The notes under the pieces are model-generated. The model was given only the letters and a program-made list of their open reading frames with translations. It did no database searches and was not told where the DNA came from. DNA of 64,000 nucleotides, from positions 13,254,199 to 13,318,198 of the forward strand of contig CM119263.1 of NCBI GenBank assembly GCA_051294375.1, read 5' to 3'. Every line of letters starts with the position of its first letter. The first letter of the stretch is position 1. This DNA is from Paraspadella gotoi (taxonomy: Eukaryota; Animalia; Chaetognatha). A program made the position numbers and the translations under genes. This document shows positions 1 through 11,920 of the stretch, piece after piece.

Positions 1-199
1 GAGATCCATGAAAAAAAAAAAATGCTAAAACGTAGAAATACGCATCACGTATTTGCAAGGACTTTCAACAAAGGTTCTTCTCGTTCTTCCCTTTTTCCAT
101 CCATTTCTTTTTTTCTTCAATGTGAATTTCTTGTTTGTCCTTTCTCTCACATGGTTTTTTCTCATCCTCAATCCACCCATCTAACGGCCAGGCGCCAAC

Positions 200-580
200 A
201 ACTACGACCCCTCCCACACCACAACCGACCCTCCCACACCACAATCGACCCTCCCACCCCACAAATCGACCCTCCCACATTTCCAACCGACCCCCCACAC
301 CACAATCGACCCCCACACCAAATTACCTCCCACACCATAACCGACCCCTCCCACGGCCACAAACCGGACCCTCCCACACCACAATCGACCCTCCCACACC
401 ACAATCGAGCCCTCCCACAGCCCGAACTACGGGACCCTCCACACACCATCGAACTTCGACTCCCACACGCACAATCTGACCCTCCACACCATACCGATTC
501 CCTCCCCGTCCACAAACTCAGACCCTCCCTAACACCACCAAATCGAACCCCTCCCACACACAACCGACCCTCACCACCTC
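200..580. repeat. ~20-bp minisatellite, consensus CACAATCGACCCTCCCACAC
   Basis: Many successive imperfect copies, e.g. cacaatcgaccctcccacac at 240-259 and 380-399. It explains the Pro/Thr/His-rich ORFs 22..699 and 135..479. Confidence 0.9.
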
Positions 581-3500
581 CTATAGCCACCACGACCAAA
601 ATCGACAAGACGTCGCCAGTAAGGGGCGCTTCTCCAAGAAAAGTCGTTTGTTCTTTGGCGTCGATGTGTTTGCGTTCCTCGATGTCTGTGGTTTTGTAAC
701 GAGTTTAGCCATAACCGTGGTAAATTTCTTTTGTTTTTTTTAATGCGAAAATCTCCAAACCTTTGTTGTAATTGGTAATATTCTTCTTTAGTTAGTAATC
801 GGAATTTGAGAAGGAAAGTTAAATATTAAGAATATATAATATAAATTATAATAACTCGATGCTTCAAATGCCGCAATCTCCGCTATTCAAAACTCCGTAT
901 AAAACGCATTTAAACGGCGCCGCGTCGCCCCGGCGGCGCCGACCGCGAATGTTTAGACAGAGTCTATAAGAGTCTAGGTGTTGCTATGGGTGGTGAATAG
1001 CGTCGGGTCGGGGTCCCATGCGCGCCATTAGGACGCAACGTCAACCGTCCCTTTCCGTCTTCGGCGCGAGAAGCGGATGAAAAATCAACTTTCGCCCAGA
1101 CCGACAACCCTGGAAGGAGGAGGAGGAAGAGGAGGAGAGTGAGTCGGCGAGAGAGAGGGGGGGGGGAAAGTGAAAGAGGGAAGAAAAAAAAGGTTAAGAA
1201 AAATATGATTGTTAAGGAAAGGAAAAAAGGAATAAAAGGGCAGGAAACGGTTGAAAAAAAGGAGGAAGAAAGATGCATTTTAATTAAAATCTCTACGACC
1301 AAATAAATCATTTTTTTTACGAATTAAGTTAAAGATATGTATATTCAGATAATCAGTCTTTTTTTAAAAATCTAAAACCCAGATCTTCCGACCTATTTTG
1401 CTATCTGCTCTTCAATTCGCTTACCCTCACCTCACCCTTGTTTTTTCATGCTTCCCTTCCTATCACAACGCCGCCCTGACCCGAAACACGCCGACGCTTC
1501 GCTCGATTTTGGGCCGTTTTTCGGGTACCGCGCGCAGAATCCTGACGACCTGGGCGGTCCGAATACGCACGCTTCCTTCTCCGCCATTTCGGTTTCCATC
1601 GAGAAAAAAAAACTGCAATGGAATCGATTTTGTCGGTCGTGATTGTTCGTTTGACGATGACGTTTGACAGAGGTCACTCGACGAATTGTCAGGCGACCTC
1701 AGAGGAGAGAGTGAGTTCCTTTCGGGCGCCGGCGCGGCTCGGGCCGCCGTCGGTGGGCCGGGCGTCGGTCGAACAACCTCGCTATCACTCGATTTCTGAC
1801 CCATTGACCCAGAATCTTCGTCCTCCGTTTCCTTTCGCTTCCGCCGTCGATCTCCTCGCAATTCCGCCCACTCCTCGTCCCCTCTTCCTCTTCCTCCCTT
1901 CGTCTGCTACCAATAGACTCTTTTCTCCATTCCCTCTCAGCCCCATGAGACTGGACTGACTTTTAGCCCCTTTTTCTCCGACCGATATCTTTCCTCGCCT
2001 TTTTCCCCTCATTGAATTCTTCTCTTGCCCCGCAAACTAACCCAGCGATATTTTCCTCTTCGCTCCCCCCATTCTTCTCCATCCCAATCACCCCATCATC
2101 CAAGTCACCCCATCATCCACCATCAAATCATCACCATCTTGAGTTCAAATCATTATTTCTGCTCCCGAAAAAACCGCCCTTCTTCCGAATTCTATTCTCG
2201 TGGTGTGCAAGCGTTGAAAAATTACCGAATTTAAAATCAATATTAAACTACATCTGCATAAATTTTTTTTAATTTTCGCTAGCATTTAGCTTCCTTTTAT
2301 CGAAAATAATGGCTTCTATTTGTTTCGTGAATCCCCAAATTGAATAATAATGATAAATTTTATTCAGTGGTAAACTTACACAAATATAAGCTAATCGCAA
2401 AATGCTTAATTGACACTAATTTCAAGTTTAATTTCTTAATGTTACTCAATCTGCAAAACTTAAAAAACGTTCGAAATTACCTTATTTGTCATATATTGGC
2501 CTCATATTGTAATTATATTTTCATGTGTTAATGTGTCCTCTTAGATTTTTTAATTAATTGTTCTACCCCGATTCACACATCGACCCACCTCCACCCTGTA
2601 CCCAAGGCGCACCCCACCTTGACCCCTAAAGGTCATGACCACAATAAAAACCGCGTCGTTGTGAAAAACCCCGAAATGCAGCCTCTAAATAAATAAGTCC
2701 AAGTTCCGTTGAGTTTTTATTTGACCCCATGTCTGAGGAGGAGGAGAGAGAGAGGAGAGAGAGAGAGGAGAGAGAAGACGAGAGAGGTGGGGAGAGAGGA
2801 GAGGAAGGAGAGAGAGAGGAGAGAGAGCGACGGTGAGTTTTAAAATGGCGGTTAGGATCTCGTTTTAGTGTCCAGCTTGGCCGATGAAAAAAGGGGTATA
2901 AAAAAGGTGAACACAGGAGGTAAGAGAAAAATAGGAAGGTGGCATGAGAGGGAGAGTAAAGTGAGAGGAGAGAGAGAGAGGAGGAAGAGAGAGACGAGAG
3001 AGAGAGAGGAGAGAGAGCAGAGAGGAGAGAGAGAAGCGAGGGAGTGCAAACGGCAAGAGAAAGAAGCATTTGGTTGATTACGTCGACACTTTTATTAACT
3101 TTTTTCTTCGCCATTTTGTTCGTTCTCGTTTGCGGCGCTGACTTTTATTTCAAAAGCGGAAAAAAACGAGCGGCGGAGAGCGAGGAACAGGGCGAGAGAA
3201 ATAAATATGGCTGGAGTTCAGCTTTTTTTTTAATTTTAATTGTTGTTACTTTTTATGGTCATTTGGTCACTACACCTCTAATTTTATTATTTCTAACTTT
3301 TGATACATTTTTCACGAATCAATATTTTCCCAGAGAAAAAGAATAAACAATCACGAAAAAACGATACCTTTCAAAAATAATTAATATCCGTAAAGGGAAA
3401 TTTTAGTAATGAAAAAAATAGGGGTCACTAGTTCAAGGAGAGAGAAAACACTTCACGAAGGGGAGCGAATGAAGTGAATGAAGGAAAATGAAGTAGAGTG

Positions 3501-4185
3501 AAGTGACGCGAGACAAATGGACAAAACAAGAAGACGCTCTGGGGTCTCGACGATTCGGGGGAGGAGTCAGGCGGCGGAGGAGAAAGGAGGAGAAAGGGCG
3601 GACGGAAATAGAGCGAAAAGTAGAAGCAAAAACATTTTAGTTGTGATGGGAGACGTTTTCGTCACGTTGACTTAAAAATTCCTCAGTTAACTTTAAAACG
3701 GCGCAATTTTAAACATTAAAGATATACTTTTTTATTTTTCGGAAATTGATCTTAAATTGCTTTACTCATATTTTCAGGGAAACAGGGGCCAACTTCCGGC
3801 CGTAAGTTCGGTCTCAAGCTCGAGCTCCACACTCACAGACATCGGGCAAAAGACGAACAAAGACGGGCAGAGGAACGGAGCAAAGACGTGCGGGATCGGC
3901 TCTTCGTAACGCGGGAAGCGCAAAACAACGCGGAACCCAAGGATGAAATGGGACAAAGACTCAAAGTGTTTGTTTGGCGTCGATTAAGCGCCGACGCCGG
4001 AAGTGGAATTCCCTTGTGAGAGGAATTTGAAGGAAAGGGCGGGGGAAGTGGGAGTTGGGGTTGGAGAGTGGGAGGGGAGTGACTCAAGAAAAAGTTATCT
4101 CTCTCTTCGTGTTCAGTAGGCAGAAATGACATAATATAAATTCATTCTTCAATAATAAATTCGTTATAATTAAGGATTAAGGATT

Positions 4186-4222
<37 letters not shown>

Positions 4223-4227
4223 CTCTC

Positions 4228-4280
<53 letters not shown>

Positions 4281-5657
4281 TTTTTTTTCTTAATTCCGTT
4301 TTCTGTCGATATATTTTCCTCTGATCTTCACCTTTTGAATGTCCGGTGCACGAAGGCCGCGCCACTGAGTTCCAAGGCCGCGGATCCCATGGGTTCTGTT
4401 TTCAACGCCCTCGGCCTCATTCTGGATCATGCGCAAGCGCTAAGTCCCCGCGCAACGTTCTTTTTGTTTTTAATCGCAATTTTATCGATTGCGGTAGTGA
4501 TTCTGTCGTTTGTAAACATTATTCCGTGAACATTCGCTGCTTTTTTGACATTCTGTCCTTGGACTTGAGCGAATAGTTAACACGATTCTTTAAAATTTTC
4601 GCTTCCGCTTCATCCTCACAGTTTTCTCATTTATTTTCGCAGCAATTGGTATGACCCCTTATAACCACCACCCTCCAACCAACCACCGTCCACATCTCCA
4701 CACTTAATCTCCCGACACTCGAGTGGCTGCAACAACGGTCAACGTGCGAGGGGAAAGTTATTCGATTCAAGCCCCGAGGAGACTCCAACGTGGAACGTAG
4801 GGGGAGGGGGGAGGGGAGGGCGACGGGGGGGAGAGGGGGGGTGTCAAAGACGGGTGGCTAAAGATAAAAAGGTGTGTTCGAGGAGAAGAATGGAGANNNN
4901 NNNNNNNNNNNNNNNNNNNNNGAATGGAGGAGAATGGAGGAGAATGGAGCGGGTTGAGAGGAAAAGGGAGGAATGCGAAATGAGGAAAGAGTGAAAAGAA
5001 TTCGGAGAAAGTGGAATAGAAGCAAAGCGGTGATAATGGAGTAAAGGAGAAAAAAGTCAAAGCAAAGGTTTGCAACTCAAACACAATGAAGTTAAAAGTC
5101 GGCCGCTTTGGAAGCTCCGTTTGAAGAAAAAGAAGCAAAGCAAAAAAGCAAAGCAAAGGAAAGCAAAGCAGAAAAATTAATTTTTCGAGTTTTGGTGTGT
5201 GGTTGGCACAAAACGATTGTGGAAAAAATGGAACTAAGTTGTGGAAAAAGAAGACTTGTGGATAAAGAAAAGTTGGTTTGTTTTCAAGTGAGCCTTTGTC
5301 GCTCGAGACGCGCAAAAAACTCCCGAGGGTCGACAGTCAGGGGAATCGGTATAACGGGTGAGGCACGAGCCCCTCGGGGTCGGGCGAGCTGGGCGGGCGT
5401 GTCAGACTAAGGATTAGTGCGGGCGATTCTCGGGCAGAGGGGACAAGACAAGATGGTTAGACCTTATGAGACGGACCCTTGCAGAACGCAGAAGCTTGAG
5501 AAGCGAATGAAACTAGATAACATGATATAGACTAAAAGAAAGAAAGACAGAAAAAAAAGAAAGAAAAAAATAAAGATAGAAAGAAAGTCAGAAAAGTTTT
5601 TTAAACGAGACTGTGAGTGAATCTTTATTGAAAGCTTGCAGGGAACTGCTATGTCAT

Positions 5658-5777
5658 TATCTTGTAAGAGTGATGGAGGCCTTAAACCACCAAAGCCCGT
5701 CCAAAGTCATAGGCAAGATAGATTATTTATTAAATGAATGGATAATTTTTATATTGGTTGTAGTTGTACCAATTTCA
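5658..5777. repeat. Short dispersed fold-back repeat, copy 1
   Basis: tatcttgtaagagtgatggaggccttaaaccaccaaagcc.gtccaaagtca..ggcaagatag...tatattggttgta recurs almost identically at 10682-10790. TATCTTG...CAAGATA closes an imperfect hairpin. Confidence 0.85.
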
Positions 5778-7896
5778 TATAAATTAATATTTCTAATATA
5801 TTGTTACATTGTTAAAGTATTGCTTTATTTGTTTAGGTGATATTAACGCGAAGATGCGGAGCGAATAACGGTTACATGACTTTCACGGATGTCTTGATGT
5901 CTCCAGGCCCCCTCGCCACTGCCCTCCCATCTTTACCTCAACGTCTATTACATAAACTGGATAAAGCTGATTAGGGCGTTAGGTGTTGACATTATTTCGA
6001 GAGACTTGGTCTATTTAAGATTCTCGTAAAATCGTACGTAAATATAAAACTTTGAACACACACTTTGTTTTTTGCTACGAATGAATGAACCTCTTTGAAC
6101 AATCACCTTCCTACGGTAATGATTCATAATGTTTTTTATACTTATTTTTGGTAGTTAAATTTCTTGAGCGAAGCTAGTTATGACATTAATTATGTCGGGA
6201 GAGTTCAAACCAAAGGAGCGAGCTATAATTAAATCTTTATTTTTGTAAAATAGTAAAAACCATTAATGAATAAAGATGAGATTGTCAGCGGACTAAAGTG
6301 ACGTAGAGGAGGCGAAATCGGCAAAATCCATTGATCGTTCATTTTAATCTTTCTTCGTCGTTGTCGTCGTTGTCGGCATTTCATTATCTTCGTCGTTGTC
6401 CCCCAATTATTTCTAACTCTGGCGCTTCGGTTTCTTAGAATCACGATCGTGCATTCGCATGCAAATACCAAACGAATTAATATCCTCTCGTAAGAACGAC
6501 GACGGCCGCCCACGACCACTTTACAGCCACGATCGCCAACGCCGCCGACAACGACCCCTGTGTAAAATCCGATTTTTACAATTCGCCTTTTTCGTCGAGG
6601 TGACGTGGGGCGAGGCAAGGAGGAGCGGGGTTCGCGTGCGGGACCTTTACTCTTTCACGTCCTCTCATGACCCTTGATTCTCAAATACAAATTTGATTGC
6701 GACGAATATCCCTCAATCGATTTCCTTGACAACGACGATAATTATTGTCGTGCATTTGTAAATTGTGACGTCATCGGCCTATTGTATCATTTTTATTGTG
6801 TGCACTGTGCATGTCTTTAAACCGACTTTTTCGGTGGAGGAGCTCCATAGAGAACAGGCATTTAAATAATGATAGTTTTTGTGAGTTTTTGCGATTGTTA
6901 TAAACGTTCTCTTTGGTTTGACATTTTCCTTGTCATATTGTCGATACGTTCTTTATTTTTCGGTCATCCTTTTCTCTTTCTCGTTGACGAATTTCGCATC
7001 GTCATGTCATGTCATGATCGTCAGGATCGTCATTTTATCGTCACCATCGTCGTCGGGAATTCTCGTCCTTTGATGCTTCGCCGCCGCGAACGTGGGCTTG
7101 GGCGTCGAGGCGTCCAACACGTGGACACGCCCCCTTTTTTGTAGTCGTCGTTGATTTTCGAGCGACGGATCTCCCAAAGTCTCCCGCTCGCGTAATCCCT
7201 TCCAACTAACCCCCCCTTTCCCTTCTCCCGCCAACGGGCGCCTAATTCCTCGTCCACCATTGTAATGTCGTTCTGACGCCAAGCGGTGGCAGGTAGCGGG
7301 GTGGAAGGAGGTTGGGGGCGTTTGGTGCTGGAAAACGGTCATTTGGACAAAGGAGGGTCCTCGTGGATTAGAAGAGATCGAGGGTGGGGGATAGAGGGTA
7401 AGTGATCAGAATATACAGTCTCACTCCCTCTTTTGTCAACTGAAGGGGTTAATGAGTCGCGGGGGTGGAAGCCCTCAAACAGCCGTTCGATGGTCGCCGA
7501 CGTCTTATCTTTAATCTCTCAATCGCTTCATCATTGGTTATGTTAGTTGGGAAATCCCATTAGAGAGGCAGAAAAGGAGAAGAAGGAAGAGAAAAGAAAT
7601 TAAAGAGTTCTATAGAGAGGGACAATTTAAAGAGACAAGTTTATAGTCATGGTTTATAAACAAAATTATTAGTTTTTAATCTATCAGTCACATCTACCGA
7701 TATATGTTTAAATAATATCAAATGCGAAGGGCGGATCTACGAAATTGGCTCACAGAGTCACGTCTACATTTCATGCGCGAAGTTTACGTAATAAATCACC
7801 GTCTCTCTGGTAAGAGGCCAACTAGTGAAGGTCCGACGCTCCAAACCTCAATAAGCGAAACAAGTTTGAGCAAACAATGTCGGATCTGGCCTACGA

Positions 7897-7985
7897 TAAT
7901 TAATTAATTAATTGATTAATTAATTAATATAGATTAATTAATTAATTAATAGATTAATTAATTAATTAATTAATAGATTAATTAT
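7897..7985. repeat. (TAAT)n/(ATTA)n microsatellite
   Basis: Direct reading. A similar degenerate tract lies at about 9935-10010. Confidence 0.9.
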
Positions 7986-8398
7986 AATTTTATATTCAGC
8001 TTGTCATCATCGATGTCCTTAAAATTGAGTCAGGACAGTTATTAAATGTTTTTGTTACATTTTATCAAAACAAAACAAATATCTCTATTATCGAGCCAGG
8101 CGGGCAAAGCCCGTCCTGTCTAGATTTTTTTTCGGTTTAGCTTTCGGTCTCGCTTTTTTTGCAATCATGGCTTCTGAAAGTGTGATATCATAGGGAGTTG
8201 AATTTTCATATATGGTCTTCCTAATCATCAAGATCTTTAAAATTCTCATGTTTCATATCAACATTGGATATTCTGTTTATGTTTTATTTACAAAACAAAA
8301 AACGTTTTTTAATTATATTTCGCTCTCTCTCTCTCTCTTTTTCTCCGTCACTGCTTCTTCTAAAAAACGAGTTCCGGCTCTGCAGCGTCTGTCCAGCT

Positions 8399-8441
<43 letters not shown>

Positions 8442-8492
8442 TTTTTACAAAAATTTTTTAGATATAATGTGGGTTCAATAATGTAAAAACGA

Positions 8493-8567
8493 TGCCGCGA
8501 ACGGGCGCGAACCCGGGTCCTTTGGGTAGAGAATAGCTCATGCTACGTGCGGGCGCCATAGTACTGC
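8493..8567 (-). pseudogene. tRNA-derived (SINE-head-like) Pol III cassette inside the HINE
   Basis: Minus strand reads gcagtacta-TGGCGCCCGCACG (A-box-like)...ggacccGGGTTCGCGCCCg (B-box/T-arm)-ttcgcggca, then ttttt. The acceptor and anticodon stems do not pair well, so it is not a functional tRNA. Confidence 0.45.
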
Positions 8568-8931
8568 TGATTCTTTAACGAGTAAAGGGGCTGTAGAGCT
8601 TCTCTCTCTCTCTCTCTTTTAATTATTATATACGCTCTTTCTCTTTCTCTTTTTCTCTGCAGCGGCTGTCTCTCTCTCTTCTCTTTTCTCTTCTCTCTCT
8701 GTCTCTCTGTCTCTCTGTGTGTGTCTGTCCCTATCTGTCGATCTTTGCTGATCGTTTGTTTTTTGAAAAATTCTGATTATTTTTTTCTTCTAAAACTTTT
8801 TATTATTGCCATTTATTCCGCGCTTTTTTTCAATACAAAATCCATATTTTTCATCCGAGATTTCGTGGTTTATTCTCTTTCTTTCTCTCTCTCTCTCTCT
8901 CTCTCTCCTTTCTCTCTCTCCTCTCTTTCTT

Positions 8932-8962
<31 letters not shown>

Positions 8963-8995
8963 TCTTTCACTCATACACGCATTTGTTTGTTTTAT

Positions 8996-9220
8996 TGACT
9001 ATCATCGCATCAATGAATGACAATTCATCGAATCAATGATGACAATCACGCATCACTGAATGACTATCATCACAGCAGTGATGACTATCCATCGCATCAA
9101 TAATTGATGATTATATCGAATCAATAATCCAATTCTATTACATCAATAAATTACTATTACATCAATCAATTAGTATTACCTCAATCAATTACTAGTACAT
9201 CAACAATGTGTTATCGCATG
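8996..9220. repeat. 21-22-bp minisatellite (TGACTATCATCGCATCAATGAA) drifting into a ~19-bp variant (TTACTATTACATCAATCAA)
   Basis: Direct reading of successive units. Confidence 0.8.
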
Positions 9221-9321
9221 ATTCATTCGTTTTTTCCCGGGTTTTTTCATTAATTTTCTATGATAGTGGGCTCTGGCTCGATCTTGAGTCCTTTTAAGAT
9301 TTTTTTATTTTTATGTCTCCT

Positions 9322-9354
<33 letters not shown>

Positions 9355-9489
9355 GTCTCTCTCTCACTCTCTCTTTCTCTCTCTCTCTCTCCTCCCTTTT
9401 TATGCAATAGCGACGATCCTTATGCTTTTAAGATTTTTTTAACTTGCATCATTTTTTCAACTGCATCATTTTTTCAACTTGCATTCCGT

Positions 9490-10608
9490 CAAAAACTTTA
9501 TATCTAGCTTCTTCACTCCTTTCCTACCGGCTCACAAAATTTCATCTCAATCTATCATGGGTTTAAAATAAATAAAAAGATTCAAGTAAATGTGACTCAT
9601 ATTTTTTTCATTTAAACTCATTTCCCTGGTACGTTTCCACTGAAACTTTATATCAAGCTTCGTCATACGTTTTCCTACCCACACACAAAATTTCAACTCA
9701 ATCTATCCATCCAATTATGATTAATTGGAGTATATCGGTTAAATAAGTAAAAAGATTTTAGTAATTCGACTTATGTTTTTTCATTTAACTAATTTCCACT
9801 CACACGATTCCATCGAAATTTTATATCCAGCTTATCACACACTTTCCTACCCACACACCAAAAATTAATTTCCATCCAACCAGCCATAACGAAGTTATTG
9901 GAGCTTTTTGCTAAGATGGGACGGATGGACGGATGATTGACTAATTAATTAATTATGTGATTAATTTATTTACTAATTGATTAATTAACTGATTAATTAT
10001 TTGATTTATTAATACATCCTGCAAGATACATTTAACTATACAAAGGAAAAAGAAGCATAATCAATTAGTAAAACAGGTTTTTTGTTTTTTTCATTTTAAA
10101 CTCATTTCCACTCAAATATATTCCATCGAAACTTGATTCCTGTTCAATCACACCACTTTCCTACCCACATACAAAATTCCAGGTCAATCAGCCCATCCAC
10201 TCATGAGCAATTGGTGTTCAAATAGTGAATATATTTTTTTTTTTGTTTTTTCCAATTAAACATCTATTTCCACTCGGACGATTCCACTCGAAACTTAATT
10301 CCAGCTCAATCACACCACTTACTATCTACACAAAAATTTCCCCATATTTAAATCCCATATCCATCCAATCACGAGTAATTGTGTTTTTATGCTTAAGGGT
10401 GGGACGACAGGACGGGACGGACGGACAGACAGACGACGGAGGACATCATTTTTTTTGCATAATTTATTCATAATTCGATGTTCTGACATGATATAAGTGT
10501 GTGCCCGACAATATTGAGGGGGCGGACCGACCGGACCGAAGAAAGTGTAGTTATAAAAAGTGAGTTATAGAGTAGGGATCTGCTGATAAGCAGATCCGAC
10601 TAAAAAAA
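9490..10608. mobile_element. Second Helentron/Helitron-associated non-autonomous element with internal ~150-175-bp tandem core repeats
   Basis: Five related units (aaactttatatc.agctt..cacactttcctacccacacacaaaatttca..tcaatc) start near 9492, 9642, 9815, 10127 and 10289. (GGAC/AGAC)n microsatellites lie at about 9918 and 10400-10444. The terminal hairpin ggatctgct-gata-agcagatcc (10576-10597) is preceded by gagttatagagt and followed by gactaaaaa. The left end is not resolved. Confidence 0.6.
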
Positions 10609-10681
10609 ATTTTTATATAAGGAAACAACGCTACGTTTTTCCACAGCTTTTGTTTTCCATCACTCCCCAAAATAAAATAAA

Positions 10682-10790
10682 TATCTTGTAAGAGTGATGG
10701 AGGCCTTAAACCACCAAAGCCTGTCCAAAGTCAGGGGCAAGATAGCTTATTTATTGAAATGAATAGATAATTTTATATTGGTTGTACCAT
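10682..10790. repeat. Short dispersed fold-back repeat, copy 2
   Basis: Near-identical to 5658-5777. Confidence 0.85.
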
Positions 10791-11550
10791 ATCATTCAAA
10801 AATACCAAGATAAAAGGAAAAGAAACCCAGATTCAGTAGGAAGAAGACAGTAAGAAGTTTCTCAAAATTTGTTTGTTTTGCTATATCGAATATTTAAACT
10901 TCAGTACAAGGCTTTATGAAAAAAAAGTGGGTAAGAATGCAAATATTCAGTAGAATGTAAACAGAATGTAAGTACGTCGAAAAAATATATACTTCTTTTA
11001 AGATCGTGAAATAAAAACAAGAGGTTTTGAAAGACGATCAACGAAAAATTCACAGAAAATTAGCGAGCGGTCTCTCTCTCACTCCTCTTCTCTCTCTCTC
11101 TCCTCCTCTCTCTCTCTTCTCTCTCTCTCTCTCTTCTCCACTGTCTTTCTCTTTTCTCTCATTGCTCTTCTCTTCTCTCCAGACTCCACTTTTTTTTTCT
11201 CCGCCTCTCCTGGTGACTCATTAGCGCGGCTAACTTCTATAACTATGTATGACATTATATAAAGAGAGATCCTGTCTCTCGGGAATCCCCCACGCAGAGA
11301 CAACGAGACGCGGGGGGTCACGTGACCCAAAAACTTCTGGCTTTCATTCGGTGGTCGAGAGGCGAAGACCCGAGGCGGACTGGCGGGAGATTCTCTCAGT
11401 CAGACCAAAACATTTTAGAGTTTTCAGTTCACTTTAACCACCCTGCTATTTTCATTTGTCATCGTTTGTCGTCTCTCTCTCTCTCTCACTCCTCTCGCTC
11501 TCTCGTCTCTCTCTCTCTCTTCTCTCCTCTCTCTTCTCGTCTCTCGATCT

Positions 11551-11583
<33 letters not shown>

Positions 11584-11826
11584 CTCGGCCAGGCCATGAG
11601 AAGCCATCCCTACCCGAGACGGTGTGCCTCAAGCTTCTTTTCTTCCCCTCTCCTCCCTTAATCCTGCCTCTCGCTGCCCTTACCCTCCCCCGATTTGCCT
11701 ACCTCCCCGGTCTTCCCCTCCCCCCTTAATCCCCCCTGATATTCCTGGAATTCGAAAGCATTTGGTTTTGGTCGTATCTTCGTCATGTTTTAGTGCCGAA
11801 GCGGAGCCTTTCGGGGGCGAGGCATG

Positions 11827-11920
11827 GGAAGAAGCCTTCCAGGGGGGAGCAGAGGTAGGGGGATGAAGCCTTCCAGAGGGGGGGGGGGAGCAAGGTAGGG
11901 GGATGAAGCCTTCCAGGGGG
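11827..11920. repeat. G-rich ~35-bp tandem repeat (GGATGAAGCCTTCCAGGGGGGAGCAAGGTAGGG), about 2.5 copies
   Basis: gaagccttccag recurs at about 11831, 11865 and 11905. Confidence 0.85.

Larger units (their letters stand above)
8087..9306 (+). mobile_element. Non-autonomous Helentron-associated element (HINE/DINE-1-like)
   Basis: 5' subterminal IR ATCGAGCCAG (8090-8099) plus a partial inverted copy CTGTCTAGAT (8116-8125) around the hairpin cgggcaaagcccg. 3' subTIR CTGGCTCGAT (9273-9282) is followed by the short hairpin atcttgagtccttttaagat (9281-9300) and a T run. Internal microsatellites and a minisatellite are present. This matches the established HINE architecture. Confidence 0.65.

Noticed and set aside
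22-699. 225-aa Pro/His/Thr-rich ORF and overlapping ORFs
   Set aside because: Translation of the 20-bp minisatellite; open in several frames; no domain.
898-940. TATAAAA followed by a GC hairpin (cggcgccgc...gcggcgccg)
   Set aside because: No downstream gene or other support; expected by chance.
5670-5706. SECIS-like look (GTGA..stem..AAA loop) of the fold-back repeat
   Set aside because: Lacks the 3' GA of the non-Watson-Crick quartet, and there is no selenoprotein ORF upstream.
7822-7850. Resemblance to a Penelope-type minimal hammerhead (ctagtgaagg..cgctccaaac)
   Set aside because: Both catalytic boxes (CUGANGA, GAAA) are broken. CTGATGA at 32386, 32737 and 43133 also lacks a stem II plus GAAA.
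200-9220. CRISPR-like arrays
   Set aside because: The repeats are head-to-tail without unique spacers, the context is eukaryotic, and there are no cas genes.
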